64,000 nucleotides of DNA from Octopus vulgaris (Eukaryota): positions 69,192,001 through 69,256,000 of the forward strand of contig OX597818.1 of NCBI GenBank assembly GCA_951406725.2, read 5' to 3'. This document shows positions 1 to 12,189 of this stretch, piece after piece. A program made the translations under genes and the position numbers. A model generated the notes under the pieces. The model made no database searches, was not told the origin of the DNA, and saw only the letters and a program-made list of their open reading frames with translations. Position 1 is the stretch's first letter. The number at the start of each line of letters is the position of its first letter.

Positions 1-225
1 TTTACTATAACAATACAAGGTTATTTCACATTGTCGATCAATTGTTGCAATCGTTGCATGTTGCAGGACATTTATGCAGCAGTCGGGAAGGGGGGGAGGG
101 GGACGTCTCCTGTCATTCGCCAGAAACATGCCATGGAAACATAAATAAATAAACAACGTTGTTTATTTGTATGTGTGCTTCACTTTCGATGTGCGTATGT
201 GTTTGTGTGCATGCGTATACAGACT

Positions 226-460
226 CATATACATGTGTATATATGTATGTAAATATATACATACATATATGGACATACACACGTACACATATACATGTGT
301 ATATATATGTAAATATATACATACATATATGGACATACACACACACGCATATACATGTGTATATATATGTAAATATATACATACATATATGGACATACAC
401 GTACAAATATAGACACACACACACACATATACATGTGTGTATTTATGTAAATTTATACAT
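226..460. repeat. 60-bp minisatellite (~3.5 copies) built from TA/CA/TACA microsatellite units
   Basis: Lines 241, 301 and 361 are nearly identical in register (atatatatgtaaatatatacatacatatatggacatacac...). Confidence 0.85.
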
Positions 461-516
461 ACATACACACACGCATGCACAGACAAACAGACACACACAC
501 ATATGTATGTATGTAT

Positions 517-800
517 ATCACAGTGTCATGGTATTGACCAGACTATCGGATTTTGTTATACATCACTGGTCACAATGTGCTTTGTATTATTTTAGCTTTT
601 GAATGATGCCACCTGACCAGCAAGGCAGGCCGACATTGCTTTTGATTGGAAGGTTAGTCTGTCACAGGGTGATACATTTACGGCCGAGTGGACTGGAACA
701 ACATGAGATGAAGTGTTTTGCTCAAGATCACAATGTACTGCTTGGTTTGGGAATCAAGCCCATGATGTAGCAACCGTGAATGCAACACCCTAACCACTGT
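517..800 (-). mobile_element. tRNA-derived SINE, degenerate
   Basis: Minus-strand head agtggttagggtgttgc...cttgattcccaaacc; central cttgagcaaaacacttcatc motif also at 5990-6325; 3' part shared with the 1074-1387 SINE. Confidence 0.7.
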
Positions 801-1036
801 GTGTATGTATGTATATATGTATATGTGTGTGTGTATATGTGTATGTGTGTGCATGTGTGTTTATATAATATATATATAAATATATATATACTTAAAATTC
901 AGCTGTAAAACACGATAAATGTTTTTATTTTTCATTCCCTTTGAAATTGCTCTTAACAGTGTTTTGTACTTTTGGCTGTTCCTTCTAGCATGTAAGGTGA
1001 CCTGTTAATGTACACTAATTTTATGTGTGTGTATAC

Positions 1037-1073
<37 letters not shown>

Positions 1074-1074
<1 letters not shown>

Positions 1075-1387
1075 ATCACCGTGATTCTTTTCCGTGACCG
1101 ACCAGGCCATCAGATGTTACACATCGCTGGTCACAATGCGCTTCGCATTGTTTTAGCCTTCAAATGACTGCTCCGCGCTGGCTAAGCGAGCAGGCCAAAA
1201 GAAGAAAGAGTGAGAGAAAGTTGTGGCGAAAGAGTACAGCAGGGATCGCCACCACCCCCTGCAGGAGCCTCGTGGAGCTTTTAGGTGTTTTCGCTCAATA
1301 AACACTCACAACGCCCGGTCTGGGAATCGAAACCGCGATCCTACGACCGTGAGTCCGCTGCCCTAACCACTAGGACATTGCACCTCC
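1074..1387 (-). mobile_element. tRNA-derived SINE, well preserved
   Basis: Reverse complement starts ggaggtgcaatgtcctagtggttagggcagcggactcacggtcgtaggatcgcggtttcgattcccagacc (A box, B box); tail homologous to 517-610. Confidence 0.8.
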
Positions 1388-1431
1388 ATATTTTTTTTTT
1401 TTTTTTTTTTATGTATATGTATATATATATG

Positions 1432-1516
<85 letters not shown>

Positions 1517-1551
1517 TGGAGTTAAATGCAGGCGTTATTCAAATACTTATA

Positions 1552-1637
1552 CTTCTGACATGTTTCGAAGATATCATTGGTATTATTCCAAAGGAATAAA
1601 ATGGTGGAAAACAATGTAATCTTCTCTTCGGGGAAAT
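1552..1637 (-). ncRNA. Type I hammerhead-like motif, core variant CCGAAGA
   Basis: Minus strand: CCGAAGA-GAAGAT..ATCTTC-GAAAC-AT-GTC; homologous to the intact copy at 4400-4481. The core carries U4C. Confidence 0.55.
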
Positions 1638-2159
1638 GAGGAAAGGAAACTCGTCAATAAGACATTTTAACAGAATATGATGGATATGTATATGTTTATG
1701 GTTGATTGTCTCAATTTCAATACCTTATGATAAAGGCAAGGAATTCTGTTTTCTCTGTAATTCTGAACCATATTTCATTCTTTTTTCTAAAAATCCCCCT
1801 GTAAACACGGTTACAGAGCATGCATACTGATGTAAACATTGGCAGAAACACACCTTTAGTTCATATAAGTGATATCTATATCATTCTATATAATTTAAAC
1901 ATTAATTTTCTTCTTACATTTCACATTCACTAGATATATCTTTTTCCAAGACTATTAGGTCTTATTTAATTTACATATCGTTATATACTTCTCATTTATT
2001 TGGGTTTTTTCTTTCCTTTACCCCTCCTCTTTCTATAGGCTACCTTTGACTTATATCTTCTAACGTTTTTTTAAAACAAACTTAATAGCGTTCAGTTAAT
2101 CACTATACATATCCATCATATTCTGTTAAAATGTCTTATTGATGAGTTTCATTTCTTCA

Positions 2160-2246
2160 TTTCCCCGAAGAGAAGATTACATTGTTTTACACCATTTTAT
2201 TCCTTCGGAATAATACCAGTGATATCTTCGAAACATGTGCCAGAAG
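2160..2246 (+). ncRNA. Type I hammerhead-like motif, degenerate
   Basis: CCGAAGA-GAAGAT..ATCTTC-GAAAC-ATGT-GCC; cleavage triplet mutated to GCC. Confidence 0.5.
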
Positions 2247-2302
2247 TAAAAGAATTTGAATAACACTTGCGTTTAAATCCATTTATTTATTTATATATTA
2301 TA

Positions 2303-2660
2303 CATCATTTAGCGTCTGTTCTCCATGCTAGCATGGGTTGGACAGTTCAACTGGGGTCTGTGAAGCTGGAAGGCTTCATCAGGCCCAGTCAGATCTGGCA
2401 GTGTTTCTACGGTTGGATGCCCTTCCTAACGCCAACCACTCCGTGAGTGTAGTGGGTGCTTTTTACGTGCCACCCGCACAGGTGCCAGACAGAGCTGGCA
2501 AACGGCCATGAACGGATGGTGCTTTTACATGTCACCGGCACGGGGGCCAGGCAAGGCTGGCAACGGACATGAACGGATGGTGCTTTTACATGCCACCGAC
2601 ACGGGGGCCAGACAGGGTTGGCAAACGGCCACGAATAGATGGTGCTTTTACGTGTCACCA
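2303..2660 (-). mobile_element. 3' tail of an RTE-related SINE/LINE family, with three internal ~63-bp tandem units
   Basis: Conserved ggttggcgttaggaagggcatcc.gccgtagaaac block and (ATG)n tail; tandem ggtgcttttacgtgccacc units at 2455-2660; many paralogs in the window. Confidence 0.8.
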
Positions 2661-2669
2661 TGTTATACA

Positions 2670-2820
2670 AAATATTTCACGTAAACCCGGAGTTTCTACC
2701 TTAAAAAACAAGGAGTTACAACCTTTTTACTTGTGTGATTTTTTTGCTACCCTACAAACTATTTATCTATTTTCCCCGTGTTAATTGTTAACAAGGGAAA
2801 AATACACACATCTATTTATA
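2670..2820 (+). mobile_element. Distal 3' tail fragment of the PLE family seen at 4200-4610 and 43787-43976
   Basis: Shares aacccggagtttctacctt...ttttgctacc...tgttaa with those loci. Confidence 0.6.
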
Positions 2821-2832
2821 TATGTGTGTGTG

Positions 2833-2892
<60 letters not shown>

Positions 2893-4014
2893 GTTATAAA
2901 TAAAAAGAGAAATATAGTGTGATAAAATTTATTTAAAGATTGGAAATTCTTACATCATAATTGTTTCACAACTTAAAACATGCATTAATAGAAGCATCTT
3001 TAAATTAATGCAGATATTAAGCTCGCTCATTGAGTGAGAAAATATCTGATATGCAATAATATACACACATATGAACCATTAATCCCCACCCATTTTGTTT
3101 CTCTCTCTATTTCTCTCTCGGTTTTTTTTTTCTCTCAATCCTTCTGACAAAGAGTATATGCTTGAAATGTCATACACACACATCTTTAAACGCATATATT
3201 TGTGCAAGTATATGCTTCTTCTAATTTCTATGTATGTCTATCAATATGCTTCAATGTATGCAGATGTATAAAAGCTTATATATATATATATACACACTTA
3301 TACATTTCCATATAAACACACGGACATACCCATCACCACAAGCACCATACACACATGCAAATTTTACATTCCACTTCAAAATTCTTCCATCCCTTTTTCA
3401 ATGTTCCATTATTCCTCCTTTCTCTCTTTAATTCTCTGTTGCCATTCTCTTATAAACCCAGGGTTTTGCACTTTAAGTTTTAGTTTTTACTATAAGCTAC
3501 CAGTAATCGACTTTACTTACAAAGAAAAATCATATTCCAGATTTAGTTTCAAATATTTCTTAAATCTCTTTATCCATAAAATAGCTACCCCTACCGATTC
3601 TAGCACATTCCATACAGATTCAGACAGGTACACACACACACACGCACAGACCTGCAATCACAGTCACCCACACACACATCCATCTCCTCCAGCTTTTCCT
3701 ATTGTTCATCTCAAATGAACACCAGACTTCAATTCTATAGATCGCTGCCATCAATTGATGTCATTACCAAAGATACTTCAAATACTTCAAATTTACTCTG
3801 TATTATTCCTTAAATACCATTTTTACTATTCAGCTCTTTCAGCACCGCACACCCCCACCCACCCACCCTCACACACACTGATATGCATTCAGCCACAATA
3901 TTGGACCTATCTTATAGAAACTTTGTGATTTAAAGTCTACATTTAAGGAAATTGCTATAAATAACACAGAAATATTATAGAGTTCGCTTTCGGATTCAAT
4001 TAATTACCCACGGA

Positions 4015-4180
4015 GATACAGGCGTGGCTGTGTCATAAGAAGTTTGCTTTCTAACCACGTAGTTCCAGGTTCAGTCCTTCTGTGTGGCAACTTGGGCAAG
4101 TGTCTTCTACTATAGGCGCAAGCCAACCAAAGCCTTATGAGTTGATTTGGTCGACAGAAACTGAAAGAAGCTTGTTGTAC
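4015..4180 (+). mobile_element. SINE 5' half (family of 13208-13760)
   Basis: ggcgtggctgtgtc...ggttcagtcc...cttgggcaagtgtcttctactatag...gaaactgaaagaagc. Confidence 0.75.
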
Positions 4181-4199
4181 ACGTTGTACATATATATAT

Positions 4200-4610
4200 A
4201 TAAATGGATGAATGAATTATCCTTTGTTTACCGTTAACATGGAAAATTCTATAAACAGTTACCAGGGTACCAAAATTCATGCAAGTAACACAGATGAAGC
4301 GACCTATTCAAAGGTAGAAACTCCGGGTTAATGTGCAGTAATTTGTGTATCATAAGTAAATAAATGGAGTTGAATGAAGATGCTATTAAAATTCTTTTAC
4401 TTTCGACATATGTTTCGAAGACAACATGGTATTATTCCAAAGGAATAAACGGTGTAAAATGCAATCTTCTCATCAGGAAAGAAAGAGAGCCTATCTCAAC
4501 AACAAGACATTATATTCTTTAACCCTTCTCTTCCTAGTATCTGCCTTTGACGTTGAATCTACTAACGGTTTTTTAAAATACTTAATAACATTTATTTACT
4601 TATATATATA
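4200..4610 (-). mobile_element. PLE terminal-repeat remnant with internal inversion, between (TA)n tracts
   Basis: 4200-4510 is the minus-strand tail plus hammerhead region. 4515-4595 matches 2010-2095 on the plus strand. Confidence 0.7.
4400..4481 (-). ncRNA. Intact type I hammerhead ribozyme motif
   Basis: Reverse complement: CTTTC-CTGATGA-GAAGAT-(39-nt loop containing ttattcc/ggaataa hairpin)-GTCTTC-GAAAC-ATAT-GTC-GAAAG. Stem I CTTTC/GAAAG, GUC cleavage site, palindromic ACATATGT in stem III. Confidence 0.85.
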
Positions 4611-5695
4611 TATATATAATAAGTAGAAAATGGAGAACAATTTTGATCGATGAACAAACAAATTGACCAACATCAGTTAATTATTTTTTAATACAAAACA
4701 TAACGTAACGTTTCTTTTGGCTGTTTTGGCATCCAATGTCAGTCGGTGCCTACAAAAAAAATTCCGAAAATAATATTCATCATCTTTATAGCACATTCAA
4801 TCTAGTGCATGGGGCTTCATCAGAGTGAATGCAAATACATAAAATAAAAGAAGGGAGGCAGGAAGTGGCTCCATTTTCTGCTTATTTTAAGTTTGATTGG
4901 CTCTTTTGGCTGGATTTATTGACAACCAATCAGTTTTTAGCCAAAGATTATAGAACTGAGCATCTTTGGTGACATAAAATAAAAGAATATCAGCACCAGT
5001 GACACTGACATCAGAGCAAACATACAGCGAAACAGCTGTAATGACTGAGGAGTTGTGCAGCAAGCCTTCATAGTCAACAGCTGAGCAAGTAATAGGACCT
5101 CAGTTACTGATATTCATTGAAAGAACCAATGGACAACATTTGCAGTGAATGGTTCTCCTCTTTCAGTGCTTTTTACAATCAAACTAGTTTAACTTACTGA
5201 CTAATATAGGGTAACTGCAGTATAAACTCGTTTGTGTATCTCTGTTTTGAAAGGCCAATATAACTGCAGAGATCATATTCACGTTTCATATTTGTTGACT
5301 GCACACACACACGCATATACTCTCTTTGATAGACTTGTGCAGACAAATTGCATATACACACATACACACACACCAACACAAGCACATACACACACTCACC
5401 AACACAAGCACATACACACACACTTAGACAACCACCTCAACAGACACACACGTGTGTTAATTTCTGTAATCAACAACATTTCACCAATTTTAGGAAAAAA
5501 CTCTTGACTAGAATTCAATCTCATGTTATATGCAACATTAATTTTAATTCTATCTCTCAGGCTTGTCACAGCCAAATAAATTCCTCTCAAAGTAGCAAAT
5601 ATATTAACCCATTCTGTAATTAGAACATAATAAAACCATTTTATCTTTTATTTTGGGTTTCATCTTGTTGCCAAATTTGTATTTTCTACAGCACA

Positions 5696-5850
<155 letters not shown>

Positions 5851-5989
5851 ATACTCCCCTCCCCCACACACAAAAACATAGGTGCAGGCGCAGTTATAGA
5901 CATACACTGATGGGTTAAGAAGCCTAATTCCACACTATGTGCTCTGAAGTTCAATCCCTCACACACACACAAAAAAAAAAACATAGGAG

Positions 5990-6325
5990 GAGATCCTCTT
6001 TGGTCATGGATGATCATGGGATTGCACCAAGAAAGTTACCCTCCGAGGTACAAGTCCAGGCAATGTTGTTTACAGAAGGCCAGCAGTCGCCCATGCATAC
6101 CAGCCTCCCCCTCTCCATGCCACTGATGTTATCCAAAGGAAAGGCAAAGGGGCCGATACAGCTTGGCATCAGTGATATCCCAACTTATTTCTACAGCTGA
6201 GTGAAATGGAGCAATGTGAAATGAAGTGTCTTGCTCAAGAACACAACACGCAGTCCGGTCAGGGAATCAAACTCACAACCTCACAACCATAAGTTTGACG
6301 CTCTAACCACTGAGCCACGCGCTTT
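5990..6325 (-). mobile_element. tRNA-derived SINE
   Basis: Minus head gcgcgtggctcagtggttagagcgtcaaac...gtgagtttgattccctgaccggac, then cttgagcaagacacttcattt core. Confidence 0.75.
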
Positions 6326-8163
6326 CACATAGACACTCATATATATTATATCAGGTGTAAGAAATTTTCAAGAGAGTTGAACATCAGAAGGCCTTCAGAG
6401 AAGAATCCTCATCCACTCAGTCACGTGTTTTGGATCTTAACCTCTTATCTTCCAAGAGGACTGGGCCACATCTAGGTCATGACCCCTAGGTACCATTCTA
6501 CTGACACTTTTTAGCCACTTGGATATCAGAGACTTGTGCATTGAAACCACTTGGAGATTTCCTCTAGTTGTAACTTCTCCCCATTGACTCAGCTCTCAAG
6601 CTCATTCTTAAAGAAGAAATAATCTTGGTTGCCATGTTAGTGGTGAAACTTAAATGCTACCACAATGACTCACTCAGACTTATTTGTCTTAGCATTGAAA
6701 TATGAAAATTGCCTTCAAGCAGTATGGAGTTTATTATGTTATAACATATTATATCATATTATATATAACACTGGGAAATATTTCAAAACTTTAAACAGAC
6801 CCATAACCTGTATGTATTCTTTTGACAGGAACTGCCTGGAGCTCAGTAGTTGGGTAGAGAGTAGGGGGAAGAGAGAGAGAAAAAGCTGGCAGTGTTGTCG
6901 ACATTATGGAAATTTCTTCGCAATAAGCAGGGAAAATGCTCCTTATTTTTATCTCCTATTAGCTCAGCCAAGTCTACAAACTAGAGAGACTGCAGAAAGC
7001 CCTTACAAATGAAATACAGTTCCATTCTTTGGAACGTTCACGTCAATGACATGTCATCATATGTATGTTGAAGATTCTTGAAAATCTTGTTCCAGATATT
7101 TGTTTAAAGAGAGAAAACATGAAGAAAAGTTTAAAATAATGTTGGATGCCGACATTCTCATAGACTTTCGTGTGAGGAACTTATACAGCAATGGTTTATT
7201 AAAGCCCTCACTTTGACGACTGTCTTGTAAAACACTTTGCAGAACATAATCAAAGTTTCCTGCCAATTCTCTTACAGTGTGTCAAGATGAATTCCTCTCT
7301 AGATCCCAGATCTGCAAAAGGCTGCAACCCAGAAGGGGTAATCTCCACCATTTGGTTAATCAACCAGCTGTAGATGCCACATAAAGAAAGAAATGAAAAC
7401 TCTACAACTTTTGAGGTGATGTCACAAAATACATAAAGCATTTATTTCCAAAGACGCTGTTTCGACATAGTCTCTTTCATGATGGCATAATCGAAGCACA
7501 GGACAAAAGACACACACATACCGACAAGCAAATATGTACACACACACACACGTGTGTGCGTTCACATGCATATTAATGGGAGCAAAATGAAACGTTGAGA
7601 TATGTAAGACTCAAAGGAAAACCAGTGAATGTGTGATTTTAGCAAAGAGACATTCAACTTTCCAGTGGAAGACAGACATGACAGTTAAACCAAAACTTTT
7701 CTGTGATCAGAAAAAAGAATAACATCCATTCCACTGGTCTCTGATAATACCAAAGTGTCATCAAAGATCAGTTCCATGTTACTAGTCACAGAAGTGAAAG
7801 CTGCTGACCGTTATTTATGGTAGACACACAAACCCAACCGGAACCATATTGATTCATTGCGAGGAGCAGGAATTTAAGATAAACTTACAAGGGTTTAAAC
7901 ACATGCACTTAAGTTTACGCTACATATATATATATGTACATATGTATGCATGCATGCATGTATGTATGTGTGTATTTATGCATGCATGAATGCATACATT
8001 TATGCATGCGTGCATACATGTGTGTATGTAGGTCAGGTCACTGTACGTCATTGTTCAGGTCATATTTCAAGATTTCTTGCCAACAGAGAAAGAACCAGTT
8101 TCTAACCTCAATCCAAGACTCCCTCATTGGAACTTCAACATCAACAAAAGGGTATTTTTGTTT

Positions 8164-8220
8164 GTATGTATGTATGTATGTATGTATGTATGTATGTATG
8201 TATGTATGTATGTATGTATG

Positions 8221-8251
<31 letters not shown>

Positions 8252-8520
8252 GTATGTATGTATGTATGTATGTGAGTATGTATGTATGTATGTATGTATG
8301 TATGTATGTATGTATGTATGTATGTATGTATGTATGTATGTATGTATGTATGTATGTATGTATGTATGTATGTATGTATGTATGTATGTATGTATGTATG
8401 TATGTATGTATGTATGTATGTATGTATGTATGTATGTATGTATGTATGTATGTATGTATGTATGTATGTATGTATGTATGTATGTATGTATGTACGTATG
8501 TATGTATGTATGTATGTATG

Positions 8521-8551
<31 letters not shown>

Positions 8552-8692
8552 GTATGTATGTATGTATGTATGTATGTATGTACGTATGTATGTATGTACG
8601 TATGTATGTATGTATGTATGTATGTATGTATGTATGTATGTATGTATGTATGTATGTATGTATGTATGTATGTATGTATGTATGTATGTATG

Positions 8693-8723
<31 letters not shown>

Positions 8724-8984
8724 GTATGTATGTATGTAAGTATGTATGTACGTATGTATGTATGTAAGTATGTATGTATGTATGTATGTATGTATGTATG
8801 TATGTATGTATGTATGTATGTATGTATGTATGTATGTATGTATGTATGTATGTATGTATGTATGTACGTATGTATGTATGTATGTATGTATGTACGTATG
8901 TATGTATGTAAGTATGTATGTATGTATGTATGTATGTATGTATGTATGTATGTATGTATGTATGTACGTATGTATGTAAGTATG

Positions 8985-9015
<31 letters not shown>

Positions 9016-9036
9016 GTATGTATATATGTATGTAAG

Positions 9037-9067
<31 letters not shown>

Positions 9068-9100
9068 GTATGTATGTATGTATGTAAGTATGTATGTATG

Positions 9101-9131
<31 letters not shown>

Positions 9132-9132
9132 G

Positions 9133-9163
<31 letters not shown>

Positions 9164-9280
9164 GTATGTATGTATGTATGTATGTAAGTATGTATGTAAG
9201 TATGTATGTATGTATGTATGTAAGTATGTATGTATGTATGTATGTATGTATGTATGTATGTATGTACGTATGTATGTATG

Positions 9281-9311
<31 letters not shown>

Positions 9312-9356
9312 GTATGTATGTATGTATGTATGTATGTATGTATGTATGTATGTATG

Positions 9357-9387
<31 letters not shown>

Positions 9388-9493
9388 GTATGTAAGTATG
9401 TATGTATGTATGAATGTATGTATGTATGTATGTATGTGTGTACTATGTATGTATGTAAGTATGTATGCATGTATGTATGTATGTATGTATGTA
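8164..9493. repeat. Very long (TATG)n microsatellite (~1.33 kb) with TAAG/TACG variant units
   Basis: Direct reading; it produces the 530-aa and 448-aa artefactual ORFs. Confidence 0.98.
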
Positions 9494-10354
9494 TGGACGG
9501 ATGGATGGATGGATGGTTGGATGGATTTCATGTCACTTGTGAGGCTCTCGTGAATGCTACTGGTAACATGGAACCCAGTACAACCCGTTGCATGGTCAGG
9601 TTGTTGGTGACTAAGCTGCCACCCCACCACCAGGCTACCCTGATGGTGATGATTGTTGGAAACCCAGCAGGACTAAAAACAAGGCCTAGTGCAGGTTCAA
9701 CGAATGTCTAACAATATCACGAGCATGCAGAAATTCCGGGATGGTGTCCAGCGTGCTGGAAGACCCCCTGGGAGTGAGGCACCTCTTAGCTCTTGTTGAA
9801 GCATGTCACTGGGAGAAGGCTTCTCTGATATAAAACCAGATTTGCAGGAAATGGCACAGAACATTTGGGGAATCTTTTGCTTATGCTTGAAATCATGGAA
9901 CTCCTACAACCCTTAACCTGCAACTCGTATTGGCACCAGGCATCTTGCCTCGGCTTGTCTCTGGATAATGTCAATAGAGTGAAGAGGATCTCTGAAGTGT
10001 TGTACAAGTCTTATTGGACCTAAAACTTTGCACAGGCATTGCTGACTTTTTCTTTTACATGTGCATTGTATCTCTTTTTTTTTTCTTTTTTTAGATATAT
10101 ATTTATATATATATTTGTTCAGAAGTCCTGCAGCGATAGGAAAGTGGTGAAGCATGCAGACCTGATGGGTTGGAAGCATGTAGTCAGTGATCTGCACATA
10201 GGCAGTCCATGTTAGATATAAAGTCGTCTCCTTGTCACCCAAGACAGCGATGAGATTCGATTGCTGCATGGGTGACTGAGCAACTTCGTTTGGGGAGAAG
10301 ACTGTTCACGTGGAGGCTGGGGAGGTTCTAGAAAGGGTGAACCAGCTATCTTGG

Positions 10355-11195
10355 TCGAAGGAACAATAATGAAAGTGGTAGACAGGTTTGTCTACCTGGG
10401 CAGCTCACTCAGCCATTCTTGCTCCCTGGATGATGAAAGATCTTTCAGGCTGCAGAGAGCAACTGTTCCCTTCGGGTCTTTTGAGCCTCATGTCTAGTCC
10501 CAACATGACATCACAAGGTGAACCAAAATTGCTGTGTACTGTGCATGTGTACTGATATCACTCCTTTACTCATGTGAGACATGGGCCCTTTACAAATGTC
10601 AGGTAAAAGTCCTTGAACGCTCCCATCAGAGATGTCTGAGACACATTCAAAATTTTGACTGGATTTTAAAATCTCCAGATATACAGGTCCTGAAGAAAAC
10701 CGATATCCTGAGTATTGAGGCGATGGTGCAAAAACACCAGTTATGTTGGACTGGACACCTTGTTCGTATGAATGATAGCAGGTTCCCTAAACAGATGCTA
10801 TATGGGGAACTTGTTAGTGGAAAGCGACCCTGGCAGAAGCCAAGACTGTGATTTAAGGACTATGTAAAGTCCTCATTAAAGGCCAATGAAATGTTGGACA
10901 CTGATTGAGAGAACAATGCTTGTCATCACCACGGATGGAGGAAACAGGCAAAGGAGGGATTCAATACCTTTTGAAAGAGCATGTTTTCTTCATGAAGAAT
11001 TTAAGCATGCTGCTCAAAAATGCAAGTGTAATGAATGGGGAGAGCTTGGTCTGCAATGTTTGCAGTCGTGTTTGGTTGTGAGGAGCAAAGTTCATTAGTC
11101 ACCAATGGAGCCACAAGTGTGAAGTATAAGCTAGTCTCGAGCACAAAGTGTTTCTAAAGGTCAGTAATTCTTTGGTCACAAGTGGACAGCAATCA
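10355..11195 (+). mobile_element. RTE (BovB-like) LINE 3' fragment, inactivated
   Basis: Translates to ...VVDRFVYLGSSLS...LLYSCETWALY...LERSHQRCLRHI...QLCWTGHLVRMNDSRFPKQMLYGELVSGKRP...FKD with in-frame stops; ends at (GT)n. Confidence 0.9.
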
Positions 11196-11825
11196 TGCGT
11201 GTGTGTGTGTGTGTGTGTGTCTAAGAGACTTGATTTTGGAGTTGAAAATGCACCAGGGTTTTAGAATGAAAGGCAGTTTCTTTCAAAATTTTTTTAAAAA
11301 TTAATTGAAATACCAGTTTTAACATTTTCTGGCATTTTTTTATTTTCCAATGGTAAATATAAAATTTTAAAAAAAATCTTAGAGTTAAAAAAAGCAGAGA
11401 ATGCACAAGAAACCATTCCATGGTGATAAAGCAAGTTGAAAAACATCAAACTGTTCAATAGGTTTAATAGCAAAATTACACGAGGAAAATTTAAGAGTTC
11501 AATAAGTTTCACGGCAATAAGAAACGATGAAAGTTCAAATGTCCAATAAATTTCATAGCAAAACACGTACACACACACACACACACATACAAGCATTTAT
11601 AGATGAGAATGTATAAACTTTGAGAGAAGGCGGAAAATTCTCTCTTGGAAATTTGGATTTCAGGTACTTCACAAAATAATAGCATATGGATATTGGGTTG
11701 AAAAACGCCTTTGATAGAAAATGTCAAAGGCTTTTTCGATCCAGAAGAGTTTTCACCTGTAATTATTTATAGGTTTATGTGATGTGCCTCAAGATCCAAT
11801 ATTCAAAATCATTATACATATATGT

Positions 11826-11915
<90 letters not shown>

Positions 11916-11977
11916 AAATAATATATATATGCATGCATATATGATATATATACACACACTTATCTGCATATATATAT

Positions 11978-12175
11978 AATGGTTTCAAATTTTGGTGCAA
12001 GGCCTACAAGTTCACATCGACCCCAGCATATAACTGGTACCTATTCTATCAACCCTGAAAGATGAAAGGCAGAGTTAACCTGAGCAGAATTTGAACTCAG
12101 AACATAAAGATGGACAAAATACTGCTCAGCATCATTTCATCCAATCTGCTAATTGTTCTGTCAGCTTGTGGCCTT
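11978..12175 (-). mobile_element. SINE (family of 50081-50830), degenerate
   Basis: catcgaccccag...actggtac...gatgaaaggc...agaatttgaactcagaac. Confidence 0.7.
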
Positions 12176-12189
12176 TATAAATGTTATGA

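Larger units (their letters stand above)
1505..2297 (+). mobile_element. 5'-truncated Penelope-like element with inverted pseudo-LTRs
   Basis: About 190-bp inverted repeats at 1505-1693 and 2104-2297. Interior 1699-1872 translates to WLIVSISIPYDKGKEFCFLCNSEPYFILFSKNPPVNTVTEHAY*CKHWQKHTFSSYK*, matching the PLE C-terminal W..PY..C.LC..E...N..E...C.H pattern. Confidence 0.8.

Noticed and set aside
2360-2392. CTGATGA inside the RTE-tail family (minus strand)
   Set aside because: Not conserved in paralogs (ctggtgca at about 37745) and no GAAA partner.
6829-7450. Unique sequence with splice-like sites on both strands
   Set aside because: Stops in every frame and no family motif recognised; cannot be supported without RNA-seq.
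7450-7488. Minus-strand tgaaaga-gac-tat-gtc-gaaac-agc-gtc hammerhead-like string
   Set aside because: Core is not CUGANGA, stem I is unconvincing and there is no paralog in the window.
8038-9630. 530-aa and 448-aa ORFs (and all similar YIHT/MYVC/YLSI ORFs)
   Set aside because: Translations of tetranucleotide and dinucleotide microsatellites; no coding evidence.
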